From positions 19,754,805 through 19,818,804 of the forward strand of contig OZ316894.1 in NCBI GenBank assembly GCA_973895155.1: 64,000 nucleotides of DNA. Reading direction: 5' to 3'. Of this stretch, positions 51,215 to 64,000 are shown one piece after another. The position numbers and the translations under genes were made by a program. Source of the DNA: Marsupella aquatica (taxonomy: Eukaryota > Plantae > Marchantiophyta). Numbering within the stretch: position 1 is the stretch's first letter; every line of letters starts with the position of its first letter. The notes beneath the pieces were generated by a model. The model worked only from the letters and a program-made list of their open reading frames with translations. It had not been told where the DNA came from and made no database searches.

Positions 51215-52280
51215 TATTACCAGAATTCCCCTCGAATTTCAGAAATTTGACAAAGTCCAAATCAATTTTGTGTAGTGCTAAATCGCCAATGTTCGTACGC
51301 CTCCGTTGTCTCTGCCGGGATCAACATGCCTCTAGCTCCCAGAGTTCGACCCTGCGCCATTGTAGCAGGGCAAGTTCTCTCAATTTCCCTTTCATGTATT
51401 CTTTTATCGAAAGTGCAGCACAGTACGGTACTTCTCTGTGATGAAAACCGTGGTAATTTTTGAGTGTCTTGATTATGGTGAATTGGTCGTTGAATGTCAC
51501 GAGTAAGGAAAATCAAAAATTGGAAACATGTTTGGTCTCTGCCAGTAAGTCCCACATTGAAATTTTGTCGCCCCATCGTGGAAAATGGACTCTAGTGTCC
51601 AAGCCAAACGCTGTGAGACAACAGTGAGGGGGATTGGTGGCTACGAGATTCGTCGCCAGCTTCTCGAGACAGGTCTGAGAGTTTTCTTGAGCTCGATTGC
51701 GTCTACCCTGATTCCACTCCACACGATTAATCCAATTCGAATGTCTGTATCGTGGAAATTTAATTCCAATCCTTCTAAGTTTCCAACTCATCAACAGCGC
51801 TGCATGACAGACTTTGAGAAGCAGATACTCCTGTTCGTCGAGAGTAATAATATGACAATCAATGTACCCCTTTGACTTGACCAATCCACAGAACCGGGGC
51901 TGTGGATCCAACGTTGGCGTTACTTACTACCGACAGAAGACATCGTGTGAAACTATGGCAATTCTTTGCGGACAGAGGACAGTTTTCTTGTTTGAAGTGG
52001 GCCCGGAAGTGGGTTGACCACAAGAGTTCAACCGAGAGTTTAATTACTGTCGACAATGGTAGCCTTTGGCTTATATATTCAATCCGTGTACATGACAGTA
52101 CACACTTCGCGAGCTTCTCTATGGTGTGAAGATGGGAGTGCTTTGAGTCTGTCTAGTAATTAACTATCTCCTAATTTAGTTGGAGAAGAAGACTGGAATT
52201 CAACGGCTCTTGAAAGACGGAATTTGATGGAGTTGCGTCGTACCTTGGATGCCTCAGGTTTTTCTCTTCTCGGTCGTTAA
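51215..52280 (+). pseudogene. Decayed F-box protein gene
   Basis: LPEF…ILCSAKSPMFVRLRCLCRDQHASSSQSSTLRHCS resembles the F-box motif (IL..LP….R.R.VCK.W….S…F). The downstream INP…SWK resembles CNP.T..W. Multiple stops and frameshifts. Confidence 0.4.
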
Positions 52281-53216
52281 TGAACCTCAAACGACGATTG
52301 TCAGTCAGCGAGTAGCAGATAAGTTCAATTTCACCTCTAAGATTTTCCTGAAAGTAAAATGACAGGCACGGGAGCCTTCAGAGTCGTGCTGAACTGATCG
52401 AATTCTGTCGACGACTAATGAAACAGCCTGTCTTCACTAACTCTAATAAAATTAGAGCTCGTTACTTTGGCAAGCTGATAAGCGTGCCCGTTGCTTTTTA
52501 AATTTTAGGCGTTCGAAGTTAGGCGCTGGTAAGCGAGGCATGTAAGATCTGCTCTTTTTCCAACGCCTAAGCTCGCAACTGCAATTCTCAGGCATATCTG
52601 TTGCCAGTAGGCCGTGTTTCGAATTTCACCAGGCTGGAGCGTTGTTGAGCCGGCCAGTAGCACTTTCTGTGCTGGAAATTTTGGCGGTAAAATTAGGGAA
52701 ACCGATTCTCGAAGTCGTTGTTATAATCGTTTTTGTGATAGCCAGGCGATCACCAATTATTAATTGCACGAGTCCGTTCGTGGTCTGGCCCGGTGAGCCC
52801 TCAGAACGGGACCTTGATGTCAAACAGTGAGGGCTAGTTCTAGTAACGTAAACTATACCACTAGGTCGATTCGCAGCGAGGCCGGACTGGACGCGCCTTG
52901 GTGCTCCGGGGCTTTAAGTGTAGATCTCTCACTTGCTGAAGCCCATTTTACATACCTCCTCTTAGTTTTCTCCTCTCCCTCTCGGATACTTAGAGCCGGA
53001 GTTCTCTAATTTCTCAGTCTCTGCTTCATTTGCTTACTCACACAATTTCATATCCGGCAGCTAGAACGCACTAGAGCAGCTCAATAGTTAGATTGATGAT
53101 CGCTGATTAAGTGATCGAAAGGCACACTTGGCGCGAAGTGTGATTCATAGAACAGTTCAAATTGTTCTTTGACTACTGGAGTTAGTATTAGAAACCACGC
53201 GGACACAATCGGCAAG

Positions 53217-56127
53217 ATGGGAACTACGTCATGTGTGCTCTTTGCACTCAGTTGCTTGCTGGTTTTGACTCATTCCGAGTTGTTGCAAACCGAAGCGTTT
53301 TGCAGCAAATACGTTGAACCCGAAGGCTACTCCTGCCACGAACATAAGGTACGAACTTCATAGTTTTCTGGAGATCAACTACGTATCCAGATTTCGCTTA
53401 CAGCATTTCGAGATCAAATCTTGAAGATTACTTGCTCGATCCATAATTTCTCCGGTTCATTTGTGCCAGGAGAATAGTGAAGTATATCTTAAAGTTCTAA
53501 ACGATTTATTTACGATGCCGGAACTATTACCCAGCCCGTTGCTTTAAATGCTTTCATTTGCATTGTGCTTTTCTGCAGTTATACACGGAAGATGGCTACG
53601 GGCTTCTCTTGCACAGAGTGGGAATCAAAGGCGAGGGCAGAGGTGGGAAAGGACCACTCCCCGGTTCCATCTCAGCCTCCACGAACGAGAGATACAGAGG
53701 TTTTCCAGAATCCCCGGGGCTTCAACGATCTCAGTCCCGGATGCAACCAGCTGATGAATCAGTTAGTACAGGCTTTGGTGCAGCACTCAGCGAGTATCCG
53801 AACCAAGCCATTGCATCTCGAAGGGGCAGTCCCGTGCTTCTTCTACATCCTGAGATGTTGAACGGAGATAGTTGGTTCAAGCACGCGGATCTAGAGAACC
53901 AAACCGCACGGCTGCCCTTCCTCCTAGCAGATGAGGGCTTCGATGTCTGGGTTGGACATCTTCGAGCAACTCAGTGGAGCCATGACCATGTGTCCATTTC
54001 GCATCACGAGCCGGTAATGAATTAAGCATAGCATGTCGTCTTGCATGTCCGTTTGTTTTGGTTACTCCGAGATCATTTCTCAATTGTCAGTTTCGTGAAC
54101 CTAGAAAAGCAATTATCTAGAACAGCAAAGAAAGTGAACACCGCAGCGAAGACACCTACTGACCAAGCGATTCTTTACGCAGGCGTATTGGAACTGGACA
54201 TGGGATCAACTAGCACAGCATGACTTGCCTACTATGTTGCAATTTTTGGCAAATGAGACGGGTGGAAAAGTACATGTTGTAGGCTTCTCGCAGGTAAGCT
54301 GAGTTGATAGAGTCCATGACTCGCGGGTCTTTGTCGGGCTCGAATTCTTTGAGTGGTGTGATTAAACATATGTGTGGTGTATCTTGCGAATGGTAGATCT
54401 TGAGCAGCTTCCGTGATGAAATGCAGGGTGCCACGGTTGGAGCGGCAGCCGCTACAAGGGCAAAGGTCGCAGGGCAGATGAAATCTCTCACTTTAATCGG
54501 ACCTACGATGTACCGTGGAGTAAGAAACCCTCTTCTTACGGGACCATGGGCAGGATTCCTACGTGACTTGCTGCGAGAGGTAATGTGATACCTACGTAGT
54601 AATCGATAACAAACGGGATCTCAAGCTGCCGTAGTATTCTGCTGCATATAATCTATTTTGACTAAAACACGTCACATTGTCAATGTGAGACTCCATTTGG
54701 ATATAAAGGTCGATCGAGCTAGTGACAATCGTACCGTGGGATAAATGCGCAGATCACACACCAAATCGCAGCATCGCCAGGGTGGGTCAACTTTACTAGG
54801 TCAGTTTATTTTCAAAACTATGACATCTGTTGTTCGTTTGAAGAGGCTGAAGACGAGTAGGGAGAAGGAGCAATTAATTACTCCTCACTTGTGCTTACTA
54901 GGTCAGTTTATTTTCAAAACTATGACATCTGTTGTTCGTTTGAAGAGGCTGAAGACGAGTAGGGAGAAGGAGCAATTAATTACTCCTCACTTGTGCTACA
55001 AAAATGAACCTTATCTCTCATGCTCTCGTATAGTACTAACATTGGACCTGTAACGGCGCTTGCTCCTGCTCGAGAAATTGTTTTCCTGCATAGATTTAGA
55101 ACTATACGCTGACTTGACTTCTGGAACTTGATCGTTAGGGATATGGGGGAGTTAGCCAATTTCCAGCCGATTCTTCCGCTGACAGGACCTCGAGCAGAAC
55201 TGCGATTCCCAATCTCAGGTGAGTTAGACTCCAGTTGTTCGCAATGATTTCGTCTTCGATCGTGTTCTCTCCCTTATGAACTGCATTGTGCTACGGCATG
55301 TGCACCGGTTTTGACGCAACAACCCTCGTCCGTGCTGCTCGGAGTGAATTTCCATGAACGTGCGTCCATTTCTTTCAAATAATGATCGATCTGATCGCCA
55401 GATGGATTCCGGCTTTTACAGTGAGCAGCCCCTGTCGAATTATCATCACGGTACTGTGTGATAATCATGGCGAGGGAAATCCCTGCTAAATGTATGAGTC
55501 TGGAACTAATAATAAAATCAATGTGGTGCGAGACGTCGTTAATAATGTAAGTTTTGCACGTATATATATATTGCCTGATTGTACATGTGGCTCGCGTATC
55601 AACTCCGACAGGTCCTGATTGCTGCTTAAGTCCATCACTCTCTTTGATTGACAACGGATGGGATGGAACCACATCGTCCAGCAACATCGAGCATTTCCAT
55701 CAAGGTAAGTTCCAGTGGTACCTTGTTCATGTTGAGTAAATTGTATGTCGATCTGGCCGGCTGTCCCAGTTGCTGCAAGTGGTAACAAATTTTTCTTTTC
55801 GTGGTCACAGCTTTGATGACACCTAACTGGAGGAAGTTCGACCACGGTACGGGACAGCTCAATATTGAGGCGTATGGAAGCCCTACGCCCCCGGATTACG
55901 AGCCTAAAGATATCCCGGCCGATCTTCCAGTGCTAATTATCTACGGACAAAAAGATTTATATTCCCCAGCGGAGGGAGTCGAGGAATTCATCACTTCAAT
56001 GCAGAGCCTACCTTCAATTGTGTCTCTATCGGATTACGCCCACTTAGATCTCTTCTTCAGTACAAATCGCATGCAAGATGTTTATGACCGCGTTAGCACG
56101 TTCCTTGGATCCAATGCGACGGCCTAG
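53217..56127 (+). CDS. Triacylglycerol/acid lipase (gastric/lysosomal lipase-like alpha/beta hydrolase, LIP1/MPL1-like)
   Basis: Signal peptide, then C…GYSC.EH/TEDGY.L.LHRV, LADEGFDVWVG, YWNWTWDQLAQHDLP, nucleophile GFSQG across an intron, GPDCC, GQKD (Asp) and DYAHLD (His). Exons at 53217-53348, 53579-54013, 54183-54293, 54427-54579 and last 55811-56127; middle exons uncertain. Confidence 0.85.
54793..54997. repeat. Perfect 102-bp tandem duplication in a lipase intron
   Basis: TTACTAGGTCAG…CTCACTTGTGC starts at 54793 and 54895. Confidence 0.9.
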
Positions 56128-59100
56128 ACCCTGACTTAGATTTGATATGGAGATTAAGCCTCAAGCTAGTTACTGGGCGACAAATACAAGTGTACAGTCT
56201 AGTCTGTATGTCCAAGTAGCATCAGCATCAATTCTGTCAAGCTTTCTAAAGCAGCTTCTTGACTGAAATGAATCACACTAGAGAGCTCAATCTTACATTA
56301 TAATTATGATTACGGCGCTGGGTCGGTGACCATTGTTCGAAGGCTTGGGTCAATGCATTCAAGCAACCTAAGCCAGTACTGTAAGTGTTTGCAGCAATAG
56401 AGGTTGTAGACGCTAGAGAATGAAATTTTGTTAAGCAGCTACTCTTTCAAATCTTAGGATAGTTTCAAACTCTATATGTAAAAGTTTTTTGTCATCTGTA
56501 AGCTGTGAGAATTGAAGATCATGCTACGATAGTGAGTATTCATCGCTACTTTGACATCAAACTACTGACTTGCGACCAAATGATTTATGGTCTCTGTAAG
56601 CTCAGTTGAAGTCAGTGGCTAAATTCAAAGCCATCATATTAAGCTATTTCAGAAGTAAAAAGACAGGAAATCTTCTTTGCAGCCCTGAAGTGTGGTCTTC
56701 ATGATATTTCTGATTGAATTTATCTGCACTGTTCTCAACATGCTTAAAACTATTTGTCCGTCGAGTACCCAGTCTTTTGAATTGATAGGGACGCTCAATT
56801 GGCTGCATGGAGTTTTGGTTGTTTGCTCAATTGAGTAGCCCGTTTAACATCAGTAGCGAGATCAGTAGGTCATGGATTGAAGGATTTCATCTCATACGCG
56901 TAAAGTCAGATCAGAAACCTTGGGATGGGTTCTTGTGAAGTACGGTGCTGGCATGGAAAATCTCGCGATTGGGAAGTAGCATGTCCAGATCGAACAGAGG
57001 AAGTTCACAGTGGATGTTAAAAGCGCAATGTGGTGGATGGAACGTACGAAAGGTCGGACAACAAATGTCATGATAACGAGAAGAGTTTCCATGAGGATCC
57101 TTTCGAAAAACTTAGCATGAAACGAAATAGCCCCAAATTGGGACTCAGCACAGTTCTTTTCGTACTTTTCAAGATTGAAGAAAAGCTCAGTGCCCACACT
57201 GCATATAAAGTTCTCAATAGGAGACCCTGACAAGGCAGAACAGGACCATCGATTTCCTCGTACGTAGATGTTGGAAAGTTTAATTGCATTAAAAGTCTAG
57301 AAGCAAGTTTCATGTGAACCATTTGAAGCAAGCAATGATCATTGAATGGACGAAATGAGATCAGTGGTGGAGAAGCACAATGACTGGATCATGCTATATA
57401 TCTTAGACAGAAAGCATTCACTAACTTGCTGGTCAGGGTATGGTGGGGTAGCTTTGGCAAGCCGGTACTGATGGTGGTGGAGATGGGGGACACAGGAATA
57501 TGTGTAGGGTAGATGTTATTCTATGTGAACTGCCCCCACCTAAAATATTCCAAGATTGCTGGAAAGTATTCAAACTTCAAAAATATTGGAGTGTATCCCA
57601 AAAGGCATGACTTTGTGATAGCTCCCTTGAGTACTTCGCTGTAGCTCACTTGAGTAGACTAGGGTTCAATTATTGTGGACTGGCTCTTCCCAACTATTGT
57701 GACCAACTCTTCCCTTCCTGTGAGGTTTCACAGATTTCCTTTCCAAAAATTTTAAAATTAAAAATAAATAAAGTATTGGAGTGTTACCCCCTCCAAGTCA
57801 TTCTCTCTGAGGTATATATATACTGTGTCAAACAACAAAAAGTGGAAACCGCAGAGGCATATTCCCAAAGGCAGGAGACCCAACAAAGGGGTGACAATTG
57901 GGGCCTTGGAGGACACTTCACTCAAGGGAGTTAGAGCTCATGATACCCAAGAGGTTATTAGTTACCTGTTGTAAGCCTCAAGGGTATTAATTTCTGCTGG
58001 AAATTAATTGTACATTATAATCTTGTTACCTCTTGGCAGAGGAATACATAGTGTCAAACATGGGTTCCATGTTATATAACTTGTGACCACTTTACAAAGG
58101 AAAGATGCTAGAGGGGATTTTTGAAGAGAAAATCAGGTTCCTCCACATCCTATGAGAATGAAGAAAGTAGGAAGTGAGGAAACCAGCATGCCTGGTTTTC
58201 TTTGCCAAAAACTATATGAAAACAACTTGAGAAGAGTAGAGAGTCTTCAATAGGTCACCGGCCACCCGGTGACCCTAAACCCTTTTTAGGATGCCCTGTT
58301 GTAGCATCTCCAGCGGGAGGGTCAAATGCACCTGTAAGCTCTAAACAGGACATATAGGGGTTGAATATATTTAGAAGGATGGCTTCCCACTGGTGGCCCC
58401 TATCCCTAGATAAATGGCAGTCAGCCTCCACTTTCACAACCCCTTACCTCCATTTTTGGTATAAAAAAAAGGCAGCCAAGTTAGACACCTCTATCCTGAA
58501 CTTTATTCTCATCATGTCAAATATTTAATCACATGATACAAAATACTGGATATGATTAAGATCTTGAACCTATGTATGACAACACATCATTTTGGAGGGA
58601 TAGAGGTTTAAGAAAGCAGCGAACCGCTGGTGATTGAATTCAATGTGAAGGCTATTCTAATTCTAGGCCTCCAAATGATGGGCTATATTGACGTCATTGA
58701 CCCCTAAACCACTGGAGATGCTCTTAGAATTGTATCTTAGGGGGGAGGACTCGACTCTCTTTTAGGCACATACGAGGGTGAGTTATTTAGACAGGAACCC
58801 AAGGGAGTTGAGGGGTGTCTCTCAGTTGATCTAGCTACTCAGGATGAAATTCAGTTATCCCAGGTCAACTAAGTGAGAAGGTTAACTAAGCCTCGAACCT
58901 GGTAACCACTGTCTTAATTATGCTCAGTCATCTCAGGTAAGTTGGTGGGAAGGTTGTTCATGGTTTGCTGTTGTGGCTCTATAGCTATGGTGGCTCGATG
59001 TATATTAATATATATAGGTATATGGTGGCTGCATAGCTATGGTGGCTTGCAACAGTGTTTTGTGCGGCCAAGCTCCAATTCCATCACGAGAATTATGTGA

Positions 59101-60489
59101 ATGCCATATCGAAGTACACTGATTCTATCAATTTTCTGTGTGCCCACCTTGGGCCCTCACTCTTACTATATTAAGTGAACCCCCCTGAGAACAAACACCC
59201 CCTGTGTACCCCTTCTTAATATTTTTGTTCACAAAAATAATCCCATTGTTAATGTAAAAATATTAACTTTTCCTATTAAATTTTATCCTTTTGTAAATTA
59301 TAATAGAGTTTTTCAAGGAATTGAAAACACCCTTGAATTTTTAGAATTACAAATATCATATTGAAATAGATCAAACTTTATCTTTCATAGGGGACTTGTA
59401 TGTTATGCTCGATCTTCAATGTACATATTTTATATATAGATAAACAAAATTAGTACGAGAGAAAATTATAGTTCTTCCTATAGTTTACACACAGCCATGC
59501 ACTCTTGTCTTAGTGTTCGCAAAAGTGCCTCTAAACTTCTAGTTTCATAAGTACTATATATGTATAATCCAGGAATAATACTCCAAAGTCTGAACCAACT
59601 ATAACAAACATTGTTGAGCGCCTAAGACCCCTCCCTCAACACACAAACACATCTGGCCTCATACCTGGTTGTTTGATTCAAGGGAATTCAAAAGTAATCT
59701 TGTCCTTCCATGTGGGATTGATCCATGGATCCCCATCAATCCTAGTTTCCCAACCAAGTTGGGCCCAAAGATTCTGGCCCAACATTTACTCAACTCCCCA
59801 GTTAACTCCTAAACATGCGGGTAAACATGTCTACCCAAACCCATTTGTTCCACCATAAGGGGACCAACGAAACCAAACTTGCCTTAAGACGATAAATAAT
59901 TAAATGTTTGATTTACTATATGGACACGTGTGCAAATGAAGTGATGACATGTGTGCCAACCATATAGTGACACGTGTACTTGGCATTTTGGGTACCCTTG
60001 CATAAGATTTATGTCACATGTATTGATAAGAGTCTTATTACTAATATTGTGGCGAATGTATATAGAGGGATGTTGCCTACTTTAAAAACTATTATAAAAA
60101 TTAGTTTGCATTACATTAAAAATACCCTTGCATTGTTCGCACGTCCTCCCTGTATTAGTAACACTAAGGGCCCAGGGTGTGCCCATGGGTCCAATTGAAG
60201 AGCATTAAGATTGCACGGGCCTTAATTTGAGGGCAGGCCGCCAAATGTTTCCCCTTTTTGAAGTGTAGAACACAGAACAGATGTGCAGGTCTCGAACTCT
60301 CTGAGGTGGAATGAAAGCTGGTAGCAAGTGCTTTGCTCCGTGGCAGTACCTCATAAGGGGCTAACGGTGCTGGCTAGTTCAAACGAGAAGAGGGTATACA
60401 AGTTCAAATTGTTTGAGTCATGGCTTGGATTGAGAGTCCCGAGTCCCGTGCACAGCTTCGGACAGGTACAAGTTGAGAGGGCTCAAGAT

Positions 60490-61250
60490 TCACGTGGAGT
60501 TTCCCAAGGGACAAGTGGGGCAAGTGTTATTTTGTCTACCAAGCTAGAGCTCAAAGTGTTTGCATGAGTCACAGGCAAATCCCAGTCAGGATCCCAGTGT
60601 TCACGTGGAGTTTCCAAGAGGCGAGTAGGGCAAGTGCTATTTTGTCTATCAAGATCTCGAAGTGTTTGCATGAGTCCCCACATGAGTCACAACCAGGAGC
60701 TGCAGGTTCATCTGGAGTTTCCCAATGGGCGAGTACGCGAGTGTGATTTTATGTATCAAGAGCTCAAAGTGTTTGCATGAGTCACGGCCTGGATCAAGAG
60801 TCCCAAATCCCGGTGTTCACATGGAGTTTCCCAAGGGGAGAGCTCAAAGTGTTTGCATGAGTCACGGTCGGGATCGAGAGACAGGCCCAAATCCAGGTGT
60901 TCATGTGCCCGTTCATGTGGAGTTTCCCAAGGGGCGAGTACGGCAAGTGTTATTTTGTCTATCATGAGAGATCTCGGTGCACAGCGAAGACAGGTACACA
61001 TGGAGTTTCCCAAGGGGCGAGTGTTATTTTGTGTGTCGTTGTTTTTTGCAATTGTTCATCTATGAACGGGTCTATGATTTGGATGCAAGTACGTGCTCGA
61101 TTGGTGGTAGTAACTGATAACGGTTGAATCAAGGGTTGAGTCACTGTAGGGGTCAACGGGGTTCGAGAGTCCCACACCGGAAAGTCTGAGACATGGGGTC
61201 TTTGCGGCTGGAGATGGAGTCTCCACGAGAGGTGCTAGTATTATTTTGTC
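60490..61250. repeat. Degenerate ~100-110-bp tandem array (TGGAGTTTCCCAAGGGGCGAGT…GTG.TATTTTGT…TGCATGAGTCAC), likely TE-associated
   Basis: The TGGAGTTTCC core recurs near 60495, 60606, 60713, 60822, 60918 and 61001. Confidence 0.75.
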
Positions 61251-61514
61251 TCATTGTTTGTACTATTATGTCACCTGCTTATCAAACGACTAACACAACA
61301 ACCACCACATGATTCCACTAAAAATCATTTGTATCGTATGACGGGGGACGTGGAGGGACGCTATATGGATCAATTTCATACTAAGGATGAGTAGATTCGT
61401 TTCCGCTCCTGGAAATGTATTTTTTGATCAAGTCTACCGACTATACGTACTCTGCTTTTGATCAAGTCCCGTGGACTACCTTGTTTCTACTCCTCCTGGC
61501 CTTTGGCAAAGTGT

Positions 61515-64000
61515 TGTCATCACTCTCCCACTCACAGGGTCGACCAATCCATGTAAGTTTCTCTAAATACTCATACTAGGGGAAGAACACAATCGTGCAA
61601 CCAAGAGAGGGGACAACACATAAGAAGTCATGAAAATCCAACCGAATCCATATCTATTAGTGGCCAAGGTAACACATTGCATGGGCAACCCGGTCTCCTA
61701 TCGTCTACCCAACTCCTGCCTCACAGGACAATGAGCCCTCTCCACCTCAATACTCTGGATCGCTTCCCTACTCTTGTTGAAGGCTAATCCTCACAAAAAA
61801 AACACTAGACTGAGTTCCCCCCACCTCACTACTCCGGGGCTCCCCCCCTAAATACCAAAAAACACACCAAAGCACCCCTCACGGGGCCACAACAATGGCG
61901 GCTTACCCTAGCGGCGCCGCTAAACCCTTCACTAAGAAACCCCTAAACTAAAAGCATGCGGCACACACATGCTTCTAAAACCCTAAACCCTAAACTAACA
62001 ATGGGGCCGACGGTGCCTTCGACGTCGCCCCAACATTACTCCGTGAACTGTGAAATTGCAAGGACCCCACAATGGCCGAAACTAGGCGGCCTTCCACTTG
62101 CACTTCTGAGTTCACCCCTGGATAGCCCTCCTCCTCCTGATCATGAATCACTCAACCGCTCTTGAAACGAACATCGGACGACCAAGTTATGGTCGTTTTA
62201 GTATCCCGTAAACTCAACTTCGTTGGGCCATAATTTGCTCATCCTGGCTCCGTTTGAGGAGCGCTGCCTCTTGTTGGAATCAGCTCCGCGAGCTCTTTCC
62301 AACAAGCCCGTGAGTGACCCCTCACGAAAAAGTGGGAAAGTCAAGGGGCCGTACAACCACGTCCGTACGACCACTCTAATCCTCCTCTTCTTCACTCACG
62401 GTGCCCTGGCTTGAGCCCCGTGAGTGGGCCTCCTTATCACTCTCCACTGGAGTGAGTGCCACTTCACTCCTCTTCTTCTTCACCGGGGTATTCCTTGTGC
62501 TAGTGCTCCCCTGCTTCCTCAAATTGGCCAAGGCCTGCCACGCCTTAATGTACCCCTCACCAATGGTGTCCTTCCATAAGGCCGCCTCTTCACCGGACCG
62601 CAACTCAAACGGTAAAACCTGCCCGGTGGCCATGGGAGTCCCAGGGGTGACAGATTGGGGTGGCATCCCCGGGGTCCCCGTGTTGACCTGAGCTTCTCGT
62701 AACGATTTACGTACCTCCCTGAGCTTCTTCTCTAAGCTCTTGCTCTTCTTTTGACTCTTCTTGGCTGCATCCAACAGGGGTCCATACTTCCCACTGACTT
62801 CCTTCACCACCATCTCAATGGCCCTGGAGACCAAATCCGGGGAAAGTGTGGAGCTAGGTGTGCAGGGGCTCTTCCGTTTCCCCAGACTCAAGGCCTCACT
62901 CCTCTTAGCCCTTGTCTCAAAGATCACCATTTGACTCCGTAGTGCTCCCACCTAGGCTCTTAACTCCACCACTTCTCCAGAATTCTGCTGCTCTTTGGCC
63001 AATGCCTGTTTCAATACTCCAACCTCTTCCGCTTCCTTGGCCTTGGTGGACAAGGCTCCCTTCAAGTTGGAGATCTCTACGTGAGCTACTTGGAGAAGTT
63101 TAACCTTCTCATGAATGGCCTCCTCCTTGGCCTTGATCACCTCCTTCATAGACAGGGCACTCTGCTCCAAAGTCTCTACTCTGGCGGTGGCTTGCTTGAG
63201 AGAATCTCTCAATGCGTGGACTAGCTTGAGTCCCTCATGGACTCCCTCCCGGAATTCCCATAACTCTTCCAGGTAGACATCAGGAATATTGTAGACCAGG
63301 GGCTCCTCCAGATTTCCCACAAGTGATTCAAGCCACTCCATTGTGGAGTCCTCATCCTGGTTTTCTTCCTCTCTATTATCATCCCCAACCGCCGACGATG
63401 ATCCCTCCGTTAGTTTCCCCAAGATGGTAGTGGCAATACTCCTGATTTCCGTGGTAAGGGATGATCCAGTGTCTTCCTATCCCGGGGAAACAATCCACCC
63501 TTCTGCTCTGGCTAGCAAAAAAGACCCCATCAAATGTACAGCCCCACCTGGTTTCACACTCCCGGAATCGGCGTCCAATAGCTTCTTCAACCCGTAGTAC
63601 CACCATCCGTACACATGGGCTGGATAGTTATTGATGTCCATAGCTACCACGAAATGCTCTCCATTCACCACCCCAGATTGCACGTTACCAAGGACCCGTT
63701 GATGAACCTTGGCCATAAATCCTTTGTGCTCAGCATCCTTGACGGCGGAAAGAGGAATGGAAGTAGTGGAGGTGGGATTAATCACCCAACCGGCCACCAT
63801 TGTCAATGTGAGCTCTCCCCTTATGTTCCGAGGTGTGAATGAGAATTGCTGGTTCTCCAGGAACAGAAGCTTAGCTAACTCCACATGGGGCACTACCCGT
63901 TGGAGACATTCAAAGTAGATTCCTTCCGTACGTAACTCCATCCCGACCTCAATGTTCCAACTCTTCCCTGAAGGGATTGTAATCTCCACCTTCATGAACT
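61515..64000 (-). mobile_element. Probable LTR-retrotransposon remnant (LTR-like 61515-62355 plus accessory ORF)
   Basis: A TGT…ACA-bounded segment has telo-boxes and GGCCATAA…TTGGAA…CTTTCCAA motifs reminiscent of gypsy LTR/UTR sequence. A long minus-strand frame lies adjacent. No TSD, PBS or pol is visible. Confidence 0.4.
62376..63995 (-). pseudogene. Single ancestral >=540-codon ORF (globular N-part, acidic linker, coiled coil) broken by two TAG stops
   Basis: ORFs 63477-63995, 62952-63422 and 62376-62951 are in one frame, separated only by TAG at 63477-63479 and 62952-62954. Confidence 0.65.

Noticed and set aside
56400-57400. Possible Roc-COR/TORNADO1-like pseudogene fragment on the minus strand
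   Set aside because: Resemblance too weak to call without a profile search.

Overview
Eukaryotic land-plant genomic DNA, inferred from spliced GT-AG genes, ABRE and telo-box motifs and CpG-poor transposons. The gene content resembles a bryophyte or liverwort, but that is an inference. The main feature is a ~10-kb minus-strand DNA transposon (1..9907, other end just outside the window). It encodes a ~1,500-aa P-element/THAP9-like DDE transposase with one intron and one in-frame TAG. It also carries co-oriented cargo ORFs: an EDM2-like composite PHD reader, a Pol-lambda-like BRCT domain and an orphan Cys/His-rich protein. The element has a subterminal repeat array, a perfect palindrome and a tRNA-like A/B-box unit. 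Two ~295-bp MITEs with 15-bp TIRs and 8-bp TSDs lie within 4 kb, and their 5' ends are homologous to the large element's terminus. The rest of the window holds two tandem group-3 LEA genes, a 15-exon CCD1-like carotenoid cleavage dioxygenase with a plastid-transit-like N-terminus, an acid-lipase-family gene and an orphan coiled-coil gene. It also contains several decayed genes (F-box-like, U-box-like, LRR-like), a Harbinger-type MITE inside a minisatellite, many short tandem duplications and a probable retrotransposon remnant at the right edge. All family assignments come from motif recognition by eye; no searches were run.
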